64,000 nt of DNA, taken from positions 4,145,565 to 4,209,564 of the forward strand of contig BFEA01000007.1 in assembly GCA_003427395.1 (NCBI GenBank), given 5' to 3'. Below the pieces are notes generated by a model. It did not search any database and was not told where the DNA came from. It worked only from the letters and a program-made list of their open reading frames with translations. A program made the translations under genes and the position numbers. Shown piece after piece: positions 10,886 to 24,700 of this stretch (position 1 is the first letter of the stretch; the number at the start of each line of letters is the position of its first letter). Source of the stretch: Chara braunii. Taxonomy: Eukaryota > Plantae > Charophyceae.

Positions 10886-13800
10886 GCTCTGTCATGAAAC
10901 AAAGAGTCATTAAAGGTATAGTTGACGCATACGGTCAGAGTGGTGTCTCCACCGACTCAACACACTACCAACCTCCTGCGTAACACGAGGTCCGATACTC
11001 GCCACAGGGTGTGGGACAGTCGTGCCTGACAACGCAATATGTGATATGTCCAATAGTGATTGAAGTCGGCGAGGTGGTTGTATTGAAGAAGACGGGGCAA
11101 ATGAAATGTCCCCCCATGTTGGGCACACTAAAATCGATTGAGCTCTAAGATGTAAAACAAAACGCTCTACCAGTTGTTGATGTCACTGTAATTGTTAATT
11201 GAACACTCATTGCAACACCTGGAGGTGTTCTATTGACGGTTTGTGATTCTTCTCAGAGTGTTAGAGTTTGTCGACCGATTGATGCAACGATCTCTAACGC
11301 TTAAGTAGTTGTGTGTCCTCTGGGATTGCTAGACTTTATACTTTTCACGTTGCATGCTCCGTCAAATATTTGCTTGATGCCCATTGCACGTACGTGGGCA
11401 TGAAAGGGTCATTCTTCAAAATTGGAAAAAGTAAGAGGGAGTTCATGAACACACTTGCTCATATCTACTAGTTGTGGTCTCGCCCAATCAACGATACTGC
11501 ATCAACCATTGGTCTTCAACAAAGGTTTCATGCCCATCATTGCATTTCTTCTCCCCGATGACGCACTGTTAGATTTAGTAAACCATTAACGCTTAACCAT
11601 GGCAGTAGGGGTTCACTTATGTGAATGTCACAAGGGGATGAAATGGCCGTCAAAATTCCCAATGTACAAACGATGACCAACAATGCTGGAATGTCATTGA
11701 AAACTGCAACATCGACGAGTACAACAATGACCAACACAAAACTTGACTTATGATGGCTATATTTAAATACTTGTGGGGCATTTGATCGATGCCCAAGAGG
11801 GTGATCGTGGTAATACTGGCACGTCGGATCCTTGTCCTAAGAACGGTGCAAGTGTGCAGACAACCGGTTTCACACCGCAATTGCAATGGCAGGGCGACAA
11901 CTGTCCTCAACTATGGGATGGCACAAACAACCAAATGTGCGCATTGGAACGCCCATTCTAGCTACAAGCTGTGGAAGGCTAGGCTTGGGGGAATGGAAAG
12001 GAACACTGATACAACAGTTCGGTGCGAATTAATGGACCAGGAAGCCTTCCGGAATGACAAGTGATGGTGAACGATTGTATGGCAATCGCCCTTGGTTGAA
12101 AAATAGAGTGGGAAAGGATGAAAGGGATAGTGGGTGGTGAAGGCGTAATCATGGATGTAAAGGAACGCCAAACATGGGGACTATTTGGCTACCGACATGG
12201 ATGGCATACGGGCACAACATCGTAATCATTTGGGGCATGCATTTTTACGAAACGTGTGAAGCAGTGGGCCGTGAGCACATAAGTGCACGCCTCTGAACTT
12301 TCTTCTGAAGTTCCCGAAATCAGCAATCAAGGGAGTGGGGAACTGCAAGTGACAATGCGATGGCACTTGTCCTTTCGCTCGGGATGGGATCACTTGACCA
12401 TTGGGATGCTAGATGACCGTGTATTCGGCCCTGGGGGCTTGGTACCAGGTACTCTGCTTTCTCCTTTCCCATTGCTGTTTACTCCCTAGGTGGATCTACG
12501 GATATCACAGGATGTCCGCATACCAGACTGTCCGTTGGGGTTGGAGGGGGTTACCCCCTCTACCCTCCCATAATGTGCACCAGACAGTTCCTGTAGTGGG
12601 GGACCCTGGGACGTGGGTGATGTAGAAATGACCTGTCCTGGGTTTCCAGGCCGGCACGGATGGGCCTGCGGGGTCCCCCTTCTGGGTGGTTTCGGGCGCC
12701 TTGTCGCCAAAGCTATGGGCCCCACACCTTATTCGCCAGGATTTAAAGCCATGACCTGTTTATCAATAGCTACAGGTGTTTACCATTCACCCACATTTGG
12801 GTGGGTCGGCCAGATGCTCTCGGGCAGGGCCGTTCCCGTACAGTGGTGGACCTGATCCTGGGACGTGGCGTGGACAGGTTCAGTACCCTACGGAATGAGC
12901 CACGCCGGTTGGCTGGCACTTATTGAAACGGAGGAGGCAACCTCACGAAGATTGTGCGGGTTTCACGAGGGCGTGTGTGACTGTATGAAGTGTACGCCCG
13001 TGCGACGTCGTAAGCGGCGTGCGCTCGTGCGAAGTCGTAGCCGGTGTACGCCCGTGCGAAGGAGCAAATTGAGGTCCAGGCCGTATATCGAAGAGCGCGA
13101 TCATGTTCCTTCGCTCCCCCCTGCTTTTCCCCGCTGTCCCGTTTCGCCCGTTTTTGTTTCACTTGGAACTCGAAACTCGCCATAGGAGGGAAACTGGTGT
13201 AGTGTGAGTATGCGCTCACACCGCGCCAGCGCTGCACGCACCAGCTGTAAGGGAAGCCGGTCGGCGACCGCGGCAACGAGTGATGTGCGCCTTGGAGGAG
13301 AGGTGAGTCTCTTTCATCTCTTTCCCTGTCCATGTCGTTCTCTCCATTCATCATATTTTAGGCGTCCGCCTTTTCTCGTTTCTTCAGTCTTCTTTCATTC
13401 TTGTCTGTCTGTCGATCGTCGCGCGCGGGCGCGTGTGTGCGCGTGCTCTTGGCCGGTGTAGTCAATTGGCCCGATTTGTTTTTGAAGGGCCAATGAAGTA
13501 ATCACAGCATCTTTCTTTTTTCGTTTTTTGCCCGTTCGGCGGCAAAAGGCTTTGAAGATGACTAAATATAAACAAATGACATTTCCGAAGTCGAGGGTTT
13601 TTCCGAGATGTGGAGTTGTAGTTACTCCAATTATTGTTCCCAACGCATTCGCCTGAAGGATGAAAGAAGGATGAGAATTATGATGACGGTGAGCAGGGAA
13701 ACAAAAATCATATCAAAATCATTATCGTCTCAGCCCCGCTCCTTTCCCGCTCCCTTGTCCTTCTCCTCCTCCTCCTCCTCCTCCTCCTCCTCCTCCTCCT

Positions 13801-14973
13801 CCTCCTCATCGTCATCTTTCGATTCGTCAGTCATTTCTCGTCATTTTCACTTCTCCTCGTTGTTCCACACTGTCCCCCAACAACACCTTGGTATGCTTGT
13901 CGAAATCGAGCGATTTCCGTCGTTCTCGACAGCCTGACAGGGACCCTACCCACCGTCGATCCGTCCCACTGCACCCGGACATCCCCTTAACATCCACTCC
14001 AACGATGTACAAACTTCCGTTGTCCCCCGAGCACAACGCACCGTCATCATGGATGTACCGGACGAGAAAGATCCCTTGTATAAAATTCATGACCAGGGCG
14101 CGTTGTGTTCGGGTGAAGACGGTAGCTTTTGGGGGAGCCGACCAGAGAGCGATCATGGCGGGATGTGACGTGCGCCGTGCGGGAGAGATCTGTCTTTTTC
14201 TCTCTCTCTCTCTGTTTCTCTCTCTCTCTCTCTCTCGTCCTCCATCGTATCCTTCTTGCTTTGCTGTGTTCTTTACTCGTCGTCACACCACCCGTCTGTG
14301 TGTTTGTATTGCGCGTGCGCGTGCGGAGGTACTTCATATCGCTCTCTGATCAGTTGGTGAACGGCCGACGAAACTTAGAAGGCATCTTCCTTGTCGTTTC
14401 TACCCGGATATTTTTTTTTAATCAGGGGAGGTGATTGTGAACTGGTAATAGGATAAGCTAATAAGGAAGCGTTCAAAAATCGACTGTTTTTCTACTCAGC
14501 AAATGAATTACTACTTGAAGACGAAATATTTTGCAAGATGTGGAGGGTTAGCCTTAGGAAGTGGAAGAGGAGTAGGAGGCGGAGGACGATCGTGCGGTGG
14601 CGGAGAAGTAATTAAGGGTTTTGAGGACTCTGATCTTTACCGAGGGAAAAGGGAAAGACGAACAAATGGTAGGTGAGAGGGAGCAGAAACGGAAGATACG
14701 AATTCAGCGTACCCGGCTCCTCTTCTTCCTACTTCGACCTCTTCACGTCAGTGTTTACGTTCTTCTTACTTAACTCCAGCCCTTCCTCGTCGTCATGGTT
14801 ATCGCAGATCGACTGCTCCTCCCTCTTCTCTTCTTCTCTTCTCCTCCAGTCAGCTTCGCCATTTGAGCTTGTCCTTCCCACACCGTCCTTCGACAGCGGC
14901 GCAGCGTGTATGTTGAAATTGGATCTCCCACGCCATCTGTGTGTTCAAATTGAATCGCCCAGGTCCACTTCTT

Positions 14974-15081
14974 CGCGGGGCTGGCAGTGGACTTGTTGCC
15001 ACGTGGACGATAGGGATTTCCTTGAAGGCGAGGTGCGATCCCTATCGTCCTCTTGGCAACAAGTCCAGTGCCAGCCCTGCG
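14974..15081. other. Long near-perfect hairpin (44 bp stem, 20 nt loop)
   Basis: 14974-15017 pairs with 15038-15081, with 3 mismatches and one G-U. Confidence 0.9.
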
Positions 15082-18000
15082 CACACCAGCTGTGAGCAGA
15101 GCCGATCACGGGTTTTGCAGAGAGAACGACCGTCTTCTTCGCGCTGGTTTCGTCGCGTCTCCTTGCCACTCAGTTTCTTTTCTTTGTGTGCGCACGCGCG
15201 CGGGCTTGTTTGTGTTCTCGGCCGCTTAGGATTTTCCCTCGTTCTCATCGATCGGTCTCGTTTACAAAATCTATCCCACCCAGCGTCTAAGAGAAAGAAA
15301 GGGGGGAAGCAACTTTACTACGCAAACGGCGCTCGGCTTGGATCTTGACATATTTGCCGTTCCCGATTTATCATCAACGGATAGTCAGTCGTTCAGAAAG
15401 AGAAGAAGAGAAGAGATAAGAAAAATCTCCTTTGCCCCGTCACGCCCTCCTTTATCATCAACGTTTTTGCCACGTCGTCCTCATCGTCGTCGTTGTCGTC
15501 CTCCTCCACCGCACATCGTCCTCCTCCTCGTCGCCGCCCTGCTCATCGTCGTCGTCCCCCTCCTCCTCCTCCTCCTCATCGTCGTCGACCTCCTCCTCCT
15601 CCTGCTCGTGTCTTCCCATGCTCCGCGTCGTCGTATACACCTTCCCCCTTTGATGTTTTCATCGAAGCCGGCAGCTTTCGGGAAAAAAACAAGAAAACGT
15701 GGAGGCGAAGTTGAGGACGACAAGTAGTAGTAGGAGGCGGCATGCTAGGCGGAGGAAGGGGCGGCGGTGGCAGATGACTAGCACGCGTACATGAGGGCAA
15801 TGCAGCCACGTTCAGAGACGTTCGAACTGGTTAAGGTTTTATTTTCACACGAGGACCTTTCAATCTGAAGCGAAGCTGTAATTGCGGTCATGTACATGGA
15901 ACGGACGTCCTAGTGTGAGTATGCCCTAAAGTCTAGAAACGTGCGGAAAATGGAAATAGTGTTCAGGACACTATTCGGAAATCTCGTCTATGCATTTACC
16001 TTCAAGTAGCAAACTTTTCGACGCTGGAATGCTGTGTGTCGATTGTTGGATTCAGTACATATGTTAGTGGGCGGTGCTGCGATGTCGTCGCGCGGAGGAA
16101 GGGAGGGAGGAGGGGTACAGAAGGGGATTTGAAGAGGTTGGGCATCCGGGTGCGGACAATTCGAAAATGTGACGGAAAGATCCATCCATATGAAAGACGG
16201 CATGAGGAAGATAAGATCTTTTGAGGGGAAGAGGATCCCGACATCCGCTCTTCCGGTTCCTCCTCTCACTACCTTCTCCCTTCTCCCTCACTCCCTTAAA
16301 ATGTTGAAAGGAAAAAAAATGAAGAAAAGAATGATCGAAAAGGGGTTAATCACCTCATCGTGGGAAGGGGGAGTGGGAACAGAAACCGGAAGAGAGGATG
16401 TGGACCGGGGTTGATGGGAAGAACGGGGTGATGTTGGCGTGGCGGCGAAGTAGATTGCTATCGGCGGGACACCGCGTAGGGAAGGAACGGCGGGAACCGT
16501 ACCGAAGGAGCTAGAGGTTTGTCGGGATGCGCGGGAGAGGGCGCAATTGCGGCAAGGTGTCGGGGTCGGTGTCAACAGGAGAGGTAATCGTCGTCGGAGT
16601 TGGAAGCGATCGAGGATCGGCAAGTCGGGACACACCTTGAGGAAGGCTACCTGCGCAGCGATACAAGGTCGCGATTAGAGAATGGCGGGAGGAGGTCGGG
16701 GAGGAGAGGCGGTCACTGTCAAGATCGGGATCGTTGATATCCCCGCTTTGTGGAGGTGGGAGAGGGACAGTGTGATGTGTCTGCCGGGATCGGTCATGGA
16801 GAAAACCGGGGATTCGGTCTTGCGGTTCGGGATCTTTCCCCCTCCGGCTTGTTATTTTTGTCCAAATTATTTCATGACAAGGAGTGGTGTGAAGTAGCAA
16901 ATCTGGACGGTTCTCTCTCTCTCGCTCTCCATCTCTCGATCCCGCTGCTGGACTACGAGGTTTCTGATGTCTTGGTTTTACCTCTGTCATGCCTCTCTCT
17001 TGGAGGGACTACGGGGTTTCCGATGTCCTGATTTTACCTTTGTCATGTCTCTCTCTTGCTCTCCCCCTCCCCTCTCTCTTTCTATTTCTTGGTCGGTCTC
17101 TTCTGTAGAGGAGGAGAGTTTTTTTCAGTGCAATCGAGCTCTGCCACGTTGATGAGGTAGAGGGAGAAGCTGGAAAACACCGGGCGCTGATTTGCGTTAT
17201 TGGAGTTTTTTGTTTGTTTGTTTAAAGAAGAAAAATAACGTTAAAAGTAGTGGTATTTCTCATGCGCCGTAAAGCTCCCACTTATTCTACACCTCTCAAG
17301 TCATTTCACAGAGTCGAACTAGAGTCAAACTCAACGGAAGCGAGAGGAACAGGAGGAGGAGAGACCGGCAGGAGAAAAATGGGTTGGACTTAATCCAGGT
17401 TCTTGATTGTTTTTCCCTTTCTTTCCTTTTGTAGGTCTTGGTTTTTGCTTTTCGGTTATCTTCTCCTTTTCTCACCTCTTCTGCAGCTTAGGCGAGATTG
17501 TCTATACCCAATTCAGCTGTGCAGGAGGTATAGAGTGGCGACGCGGGTTACAGGACATGGAGGAGACTGGTTAGGAAGGCGGCCGGGGGGAGAGGCGCCG
17601 GTGGGTAGAGGCGCCGGTGGGGGAGGGGAGAAGGTCCAGAAGCAGGAGGGGAGGCAGGAGAAGAGGAGGGAAGAGCATGGGTGGGGTCGGGAGGTGGGTA
17701 ATGACGACGGCGATTGCGATCGGGACTGCATCAATGTGGACAACTCCTTCAAACGTATGTTCACGGAGATCCAGGCCAAGTACTGGTCTTAGATGGACTA
17801 TGGGACTGCTGTCTCCCGCAGAACATAAGGCATTCCCATTATAGCCGTTCGTGGCGCGAAATTTGCCGCAAGTGGACCAAGGCAGCAAGACGGCTACGGC
17901 GGAGTGCTGTAGGAGATTTACAGGGGGTGTGGGAGGCACTACTAGTAGGTTGAGGCCTGTCGGTCGTTGGAAGATTGCTGAGCATTGTTGATGATGGTCG

Positions 18001-18334
18001 AGGGAGTGAGATCTACCACGGATGTGAGGCTGATATGGTTAAGGCTCTCACTCTGACCAGCATGACATATGAAGTTGGCCGTTTGTTTTTGCAAGCTGTG
18101 AGGTGCCGAGCCTAAATCCGTCCTCTTCTCATAGTATGAGTGTTGCCTTTCTGGGCATCACCAACCAAGCCTGATTGTCGCCATGGTCATGTGATCAAGG
18201 AGATTGTAGTTCAATGCATCAAGTTGGCATGCAGTTGTCTCTTTCAATTCGATCCTAGGTAAGCATATCCACCACCCGGTATGACGCAACAGTCAGATGC
18301 TCTGTGAAGGTTGTGGTGGTCGATTGTACTCCAT

Positions 18335-18775
18335 CCCAATCTGTCTGGAAGGCACCCATCTGATGTTGCAGCCAGTCATGGTCTGTTTGTGAGAGGACAC
18401 AGCCCTTATCAATGACCTGTAAGATGTCCAGCACGTCAACGTACAGGTGTCCTATGGGAGGCGACCTCACTGCAGAAGGGTCAAGGGTGGACATTGAGGG
18501 ACCCCTGCAGTCCAAACCGCCATTCCCTTTGCCAGCTTTTTGTCTCCGACACGGCTAATCGACCTCCATTTCTTACTGTGGTTCACCAATCAATCTATTG
18601 GAAGGCACCCATCTGACGTTGCAGACTGCCATGGTCTGTTTGTGAGAGGGCGCAACCCTCATCTCTCATTATGCGTAATAAGTCGGGCAAGCCGTCAACG
18701 TACAGGTGGTTCAACAGGAGGCAACCTCACTGCAGAAGGGTCAAGGACGGACATAGAGGGACCACTACAGTCCAC
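18335..18775. repeat. Direct duplication with ~255 bp period
   Basis: TGGAAGGCACCCATCTGA..CATGGTCTGTTTGTGAGAGG..CCTCACTGCAGAAGGGTCAAGG occurs twice. Confidence 0.85.
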
Positions 18776-21269
18776 ACAATCAGTGACTTAAACCGCCAGT
18801 ACCCAGCCCCAGCCTTGCAGAAATTCGTTCACGGCCTACTCCGAAAATTTCCCGGCTCAGGCCTGCCGAGCCACAATGGCTGGTTGCGCCAGCCAAAAAG
18901 GAAAAAAGTGCACTGCTGGCGGTTTGGCAAAGCTTGGTGGTGTACTGGTGGTTTAAACCGCTAGTTGCGTTAACAGTGGCTTGGCCTCCCCAAAGGGAAA
19001 GGCCGATGGCTCCAGGGAAAAGGGAACGACTTTGTGCCTGCACAGGTTTGTTTTCTTTTGCCGCACAGCAGACGCATGGGACGGGAAAAAGAGGCTCAGA
19101 GCGACTGGTGGTGTGAACTGATGCACAATAGGGTCATTGCATGATTCTGGTCAGCCCCAAATTTCGTTTGTGATTCTGAAGGGCGAGCTTGCTACTTCAA
19201 CGTTGCATTAGTCCATCTCACCATATTTGCCACTGTGTACCCGGGTGCCAGTGTACGTGATTAAGTATGGGAGGTATTTGTTGTTCTTGGCGCTACACAT
19301 CATCATCAGACAAACTTGCGGTGCTTCCAGGCTTGGCTGTCACACTCAAGAGATCTTATTTATTAGCATGGCGAGTTTGACACCATGGCATGTCCAGAGA
19401 GCAAGCAAGGACTTGACTGAGGTGTTGCCAATGCAGTGAACTGACAGAATAAGCATGCGGGTGAGCTGGCAAGACAAGACGCCATGGTCTCTGTTTTCCA
19501 TAGAGGTACTGTTATGTGTGGGGCAGCAAGTGAAAAGAATGAAGAATGAAGCACACACATACTGTACAGAGCATGCACACACATGTACACATGAAATGAC
19601 GCGTGAACACACTTTTTTGCTCATTCTGAGTGTTGGATGCGCACGCACACTGGAAGAAGCATGCACCCCCGCCCCCCGCTTCCCCCCCCTTTGGTGCAAG
19701 ATTTTTGAGTTCCACTTCCCGAATGATCCGGTGCTGTTACAACTCGGTAAGGGGGCTCCGTGCTCTTGGTCCCGATTTCAGCTTAGGAGTTTCCAAATGC
19801 TGAGACAGTATGCCCTGTGGACAATTTGGAAGAGGGGATGCCAAGAGACAATAGATGCAAAGGCCCACTGCGGAAGCCAAGGACATTTACAAAAACCTCA
19901 TAGAGACCGAATTCAGAGGCCAACGGAAACAGACACAGGGTAGGATGAAGAGTAACCCGGCAAAAGCCAAGGATATCAGATGCAAGTTTGAACACGGGGT
20001 CTTAGGGAAAGGGAGGGTTGTGAGGATTGCAGGAGGTGGGCTCAGATTCACCTGGTGGATGGAAGCAGCTACTTAGCAGGACTGCAGGGCCCCAAGGGGT
20101 CGAAGGCAGCCCACGGTTTGGAGGGGGTGGAAGGTCGCTCTGCAAGGGTCGCTCTGAAAGGAGGGAGATTGGGATCTGTGGATGATTGGGAAATTGGTAC
20201 TCACCTGAGGTTGACGTCGATACCGTGCACTGCTGTTGTCTTCATTGTCTCCTTGAGATGATAGTGCCACGTGGCACTTCTATGTGATCAGGACTTATCA
20301 GACTTGTTACTGTATATTGATTGATGACGTGGAGGCGAAGGGAAGCCCGGAGAAGGAGTGGGAAATGATTGGGCTACTCTTGTGTGGTCACTGATTATCT
20401 CTTCCACCCTCTCCTCTGTCTATTCCCCCTCCACTCTTTTCGTCTATTGGTAACGAGATATTGTATCAGATATCACGTTCACGATAACTGGAGTGCAGAT
20501 CTGAGTCTACTTGTGCTTTGATGTCTGACGAGTATCTTCCAGTCTGGGTTCATTACAAATTGCAGAAATAGGTTAAAAAAAACCATTCTGGCACTATGTG
20601 AGCTGGTGTTGACGTAGGATTTGCAGGTATTGAGAAAAAAAGGATGGCATGACTTGGATCTTGATTGTGATGCACACAGAGTTTGAAGTAACAAAGGTGG
20701 GAAACTAAGGTCTTGGTTTGCGCACGGACCCCTTGCAAAATGTTTCTTTGTTTGCAAAATACTATACCCATTGGAACAAGTTGCAGTCAAAGAAAGGCAC
20801 TCAGGGTCCTCAATGTCAGGCTCCACTGTTACTACTTTATAGTCTTGCTTTTGTTCGCCATGCAAGGAGTCAATTGCAAAACCTCATCTGTTTTGTGGAT
20901 ACTGAGATCAAAAGTTCTTGGAGAAAACGATGCTCTGCATTTGGAACAACTAAAATGCCATGCGCCCTCGCAGAATGGTGGGTAATGATTGTTCACCGCA
21001 TGCTCTTAGAACATAGCCAGTTTGTCAGTGTCCTTTGCGGAGGAGCAATCATCTCGGCGATGTCTTTCTTGCCATGTAGAGGAACATTTGCTGCACGCAA
21101 AGGTTGCTGTTATATCTTTCATCTACTTAGAGCTGAGATTTCGGTGTCACACCAGCTTCTTCCCTGCACGTGGGCAAATGTTGCCTGGGTGCTTATGGTG
21201 AGCAATGATGGTTGTCGTTTTATAAGCAGTGAAGACGGGGTAGCAAGACTGACAATGTGGAACTTTTTC

Positions 21270-22098
21270 TGTTAGTGTCGGCTGATTTTTACTCTGCAAT
21301 TCTGCTACTTGCTTCACTTTTCTTGCCGAAAGCACTTGCAGAACTGGAGCATACTCTTATCAACAGAGAGTGCAGAAGCTGGAGCACCTGCTTGTTCACT
21401 CTCGGTCTCCTGGTCGGTATCCTGGAGGCTCCACGAGGTCTATGGAGGATGGGAATGCTGTCTCAGCCATGGATGCAATTGGAGGTGGGGACTCGCCAAT
21501 CCTGGAGAGTCCTCCAGCAGCCTTGTCAAACGTACATGACTTGTTCTTTCATGTAGCAGCACGTGAAGAAGCACTACATAGTCTTGTTCAAACTGGAAAG
21601 ACAGCATACAGTTGCGAAAGGAGGAGGAGAGCAGATGAGCGGGATCTATTGATCGACGCTGACAGAAGTGAGACATTAAAGAAGGCAAAATCAAGGAATC
21701 CGCATGGACTGCAAGCTGGCCTAATGACTGCACCTCCTGCACAGGGTGTTGCTGGTCAGGGTGCTTTGCAAGGAACGATGTCAAGCATCGGGCCAGGGTT
21801 CACCATCACCAATCATTCTTTTGGGAACATGTCATCATCGTGTAGGCAAGGTGCTAGCACCCCAGACACTACCCGGGCAACCACAACTGGATTATTTGGT
21901 GCTGCATCAATGCTAGCAACAGGTACAGCAAGTTCATCGCCATTGTTTGGAGGACCTGTGACCTCTGCCACCTCTGCAGCATCGACTTCAGGTTCCTTGT
22001 TTTTGTCAACTGCAGCGGCTGCCTCTGGAGGACATCTCTTCAGTAAGTTTGTGACTCTCCTTGGTGACCTGAAGAGTGTGTTTGTGTGAGTGCGCCCA

Positions 22099-22152
<54 letters not shown>

Positions 22153-22199
22153 NNNNNNNNNNNNNNNNNNNNNNNNNNNNNNNNNNNNNNNNNNNNNNN

Positions 22200-22260
<61 letters not shown>

Positions 22261-22420
22261 ACTTCTTGGATTGTTGCTATAACCTTTTGATTAGCAGCAA
22301 TCAGTGTTTGACTCTTTGAGCTTTTTGCCTTGTGTATATCACATTTATTGCTTCATCTTTGTATTGCAGGCACACCGTCAGGATGTACTACAGGGGCTTT
22401 ATTTGGAATGTCTACTTTTG
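21270..22420 (+). pseudogene. NUP58: Nucleoporin p58/p45 (plant NUP58-like) C-terminal part, frameshifted, with a retained intron
   Basis: LSNVHDLFFHVAAREEALHSLVQTGKTAY..RRRRAD..DADRSET resembles, from recall, plant NUP58 (ISNVH.FFVHVAAKVES..MKT.YL..RRRG..D.FLEADRRET) and is followed by an S/T-rich LFG tail; upstream DFYS..SLFL..LAELE is in another frame (shift near 21355); GTAAG donor at 22043, CAG acceptor at 22369, in-phase 51 bp exon (TPSGCTTGALFGMSTF) and GTATG donor at 22421. Confidence 0.7.
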
Positions 22421-23189
22421 GTATGTTTTTTCGTCCCTTTCTTTTCTTCCTGCTTTCTTGCTCTTCGCCCTTCTTTATAGTGTGTCTAGTTGCTGTACTC
22501 TTTTCCTCTTTCTTGTTGCCTCATTTCCCCTTTTGCAGTCATTGAGAGGGACAAAGGCGTTCTCCTTATTGCAGGAAGTTGATGATCTGTCTATCTACTA
22601 AGTCTGGGAACTGCTGTTGGTTCTTTGCTCCCTTGCACTGTCTCCTCTTTGTTGACCTTATTCCACAGTCTTTCCTCAGCTTCTCTTTCGCGCGGATTTC
22701 CTGCACAGGTTGAGCTGCCTTGCAAAAAACCACCATTTGTGCTGAATTTGAATGGAATTGCAGTACTGGACAGAGCACCAATGTTAATCCACTCACTAGA
22801 GTTTCAGCCAAGCCAATGCCTTGCACTGGTTGGGGCCATTTGGGGGGGGGGGCGTACTTATTTGTCATGCAATGCCTAGCATTTCTTAGTTATGCATGTT
22901 CCAGCTGACATGCAACTTGCCACTGCCTAAGTCATGATTCCCAACCCTATTTGTGCTGTTATGGGCTTTGGATACAAGCGACGAGATTGCTGGATCTGCA
23001 GATGATCTTGTCCATTTGGCAGAGCCATGCCCACCCCTCCCTTCCCCTTCTGCTGCCTCCTTCTTTGGAAGCAGTTTTTCACCTATTCCCTGACCTGTGC
23101 ATCAGTTATTCACAGATTATGTACTTTGGACACTTCACATCTTATTCAGATGGGGTTCCGTTTTGTTTATCTGTAGGGTAGAGCCCTCC

Positions 23190-23244
<55 letters not shown>

Positions 23245-23355
23245 NNNNNNNNNNNNNNNNNNNNNNNNNNNNNNNNNNNNNNNNNNNNNNNNNNNNNNNN
23301 NNNNNNNNNNNNNNNNNNNNNNNNNNNNNNNNNNNNNNNNNNNNNNNNNNNNNNN

Positions 23356-23443
<88 letters not shown>
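22102..23443. repeat. (GT)n/(GA)n and (CT)n microsatellites with assembly gaps
   Basis: Simple repeats at 22102-22258 and 23194-23443 flanking N runs. Confidence 0.95.
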
Positions 23444-23448
<5 letters not shown>

Positions 23449-23899
23449 CTGTGCTCTGTGTTGTCGCCTGGGTATCATTTGTCTCTGTCTTTTGTCCTCG
23501 CTCTGTCCCGTCTCTAGCATGGCTGTTTCACTTTCATTTGCAGTGCTCAGAAACCGCTGTGAGAAAGAAGAAACAGCCCTCATACCCTCCTCCATCACCT
23601 CTCGATGGTGCATCAATGTCCTTGGTAGTGTGCCTCTGGTGACACATCAATTGCCATTCCTTTCCTCGTTGTTTCCACGCACGCGTCTACCATCTCTGAA
23701 TACACTGCATCTCACTGAACATTCTCCTAGACCAAGTCTGCAGTGGCCTCTGCAGCTTGAACGAAACAGGGGCGATCCAAGAAAGGAAATTAACCGGGGA
23801 TGTCTGTACCACGTCGCTTATTGAACCCTTTCCTCAGAAGAGAGAACGAGCTGTGCTGAAGAAAGGCGTTTTCAGGTGACCCATTTCTGGGGGTCAAAA

Positions 23900-24350
23900 G
23901 TCGCTGTCTAGGTCCAGGAGTGGTCTAAAACGTTCCTTAGGTCAAAAGTGCACCCAGAGCCTGGAAAAGTCCCAACAGGCCGGAGGGAAGTCAACAGTCA
24001 GGCCCAACCCGGGCACTGTAGATCAGGAGTCACCCAGAAGTCACCTTGACCACAGATCACACACAACCCCACGGCACCGTAATGTTTCCAGAAATTTCCA
24101 GGCTCACTGGGGCTAGTCACACGCAGGCCACAACCAAATCCTGACAACACAGATGAAGAAAATCTCAGCTGTTCGAGGAGGCAACCTGGGTCAGGCGAAG
24201 GCTCACACTCTGAAGGAGATTACCTAGCACCCAGTGAAAGTCGAGAGACAGGGCAGCAGCGATAGGTAGTGAGTGTTGTCTGTAGAGTAGAGGGGGCACT
24301 GCCTCCATAGCTGTAGACGAGAGAGTGAGAGCGAGGACGAAGTATTCTAA
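23900..24350 (+). repeat. Dispersed repeat (probable retroelement LTR/UTR family), homologous to 58560-59040
   Basis: Shared AAGTCAACAGTCAGGCCCAA, ATCACACACAA, CACAGATGAAGAAA and GAGGAGGCAACCTGGG in the same order. Confidence 0.75.
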
Positions 24351-24700
24351 GTGGGATCTCTCATGTGGAGAGAGAGTAGTCTTCTGGCTGATGCTCTTCA
24401 CAGTTTTGAGTTCTATGCTGCTCTAGATATCTTGTATTGTCATTTTCAGGCTTGATTGAGCTTGGCTTGCCTTGAATAGGCAGCGCCAGAAACTGGAGAG
24501 AGGGGCAGAGCGGCGTTGTGATCAGAGAAGCAAGACAGAAGAAGTGTTGGGCATTGAAGAGGTAGAAGTTTGACATTGAATAACAATCAAGTTATTATTC
24601 TTCTGTCCATCATCTTCATCTCTCCTCCATCATCTTCTTGCTTCCTTAGTATCATGTGTGAGTTGCATGCGAGCATTCTGTTTGGTAATTGAGCATTGAG

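Noticed and set aside
11540-12200. Possible decayed DNA-transposase fragments
   Set aside because: No catalytic or family motif could be confirmed
13600-17950. Many overlapping ORFs rich in S/P/R/E
   Set aside because: Largely products of (TCC)n/(TCG)n/(CT)n low-complexity and GC-rich sequence; no domain recognised; the VLDGLWDC PP2C-like hint near 17790 is too short
20620-20830. Possible exon remnant (DPLQNVSLFAKY)
   Set aside because: Too short and interrupted to assign
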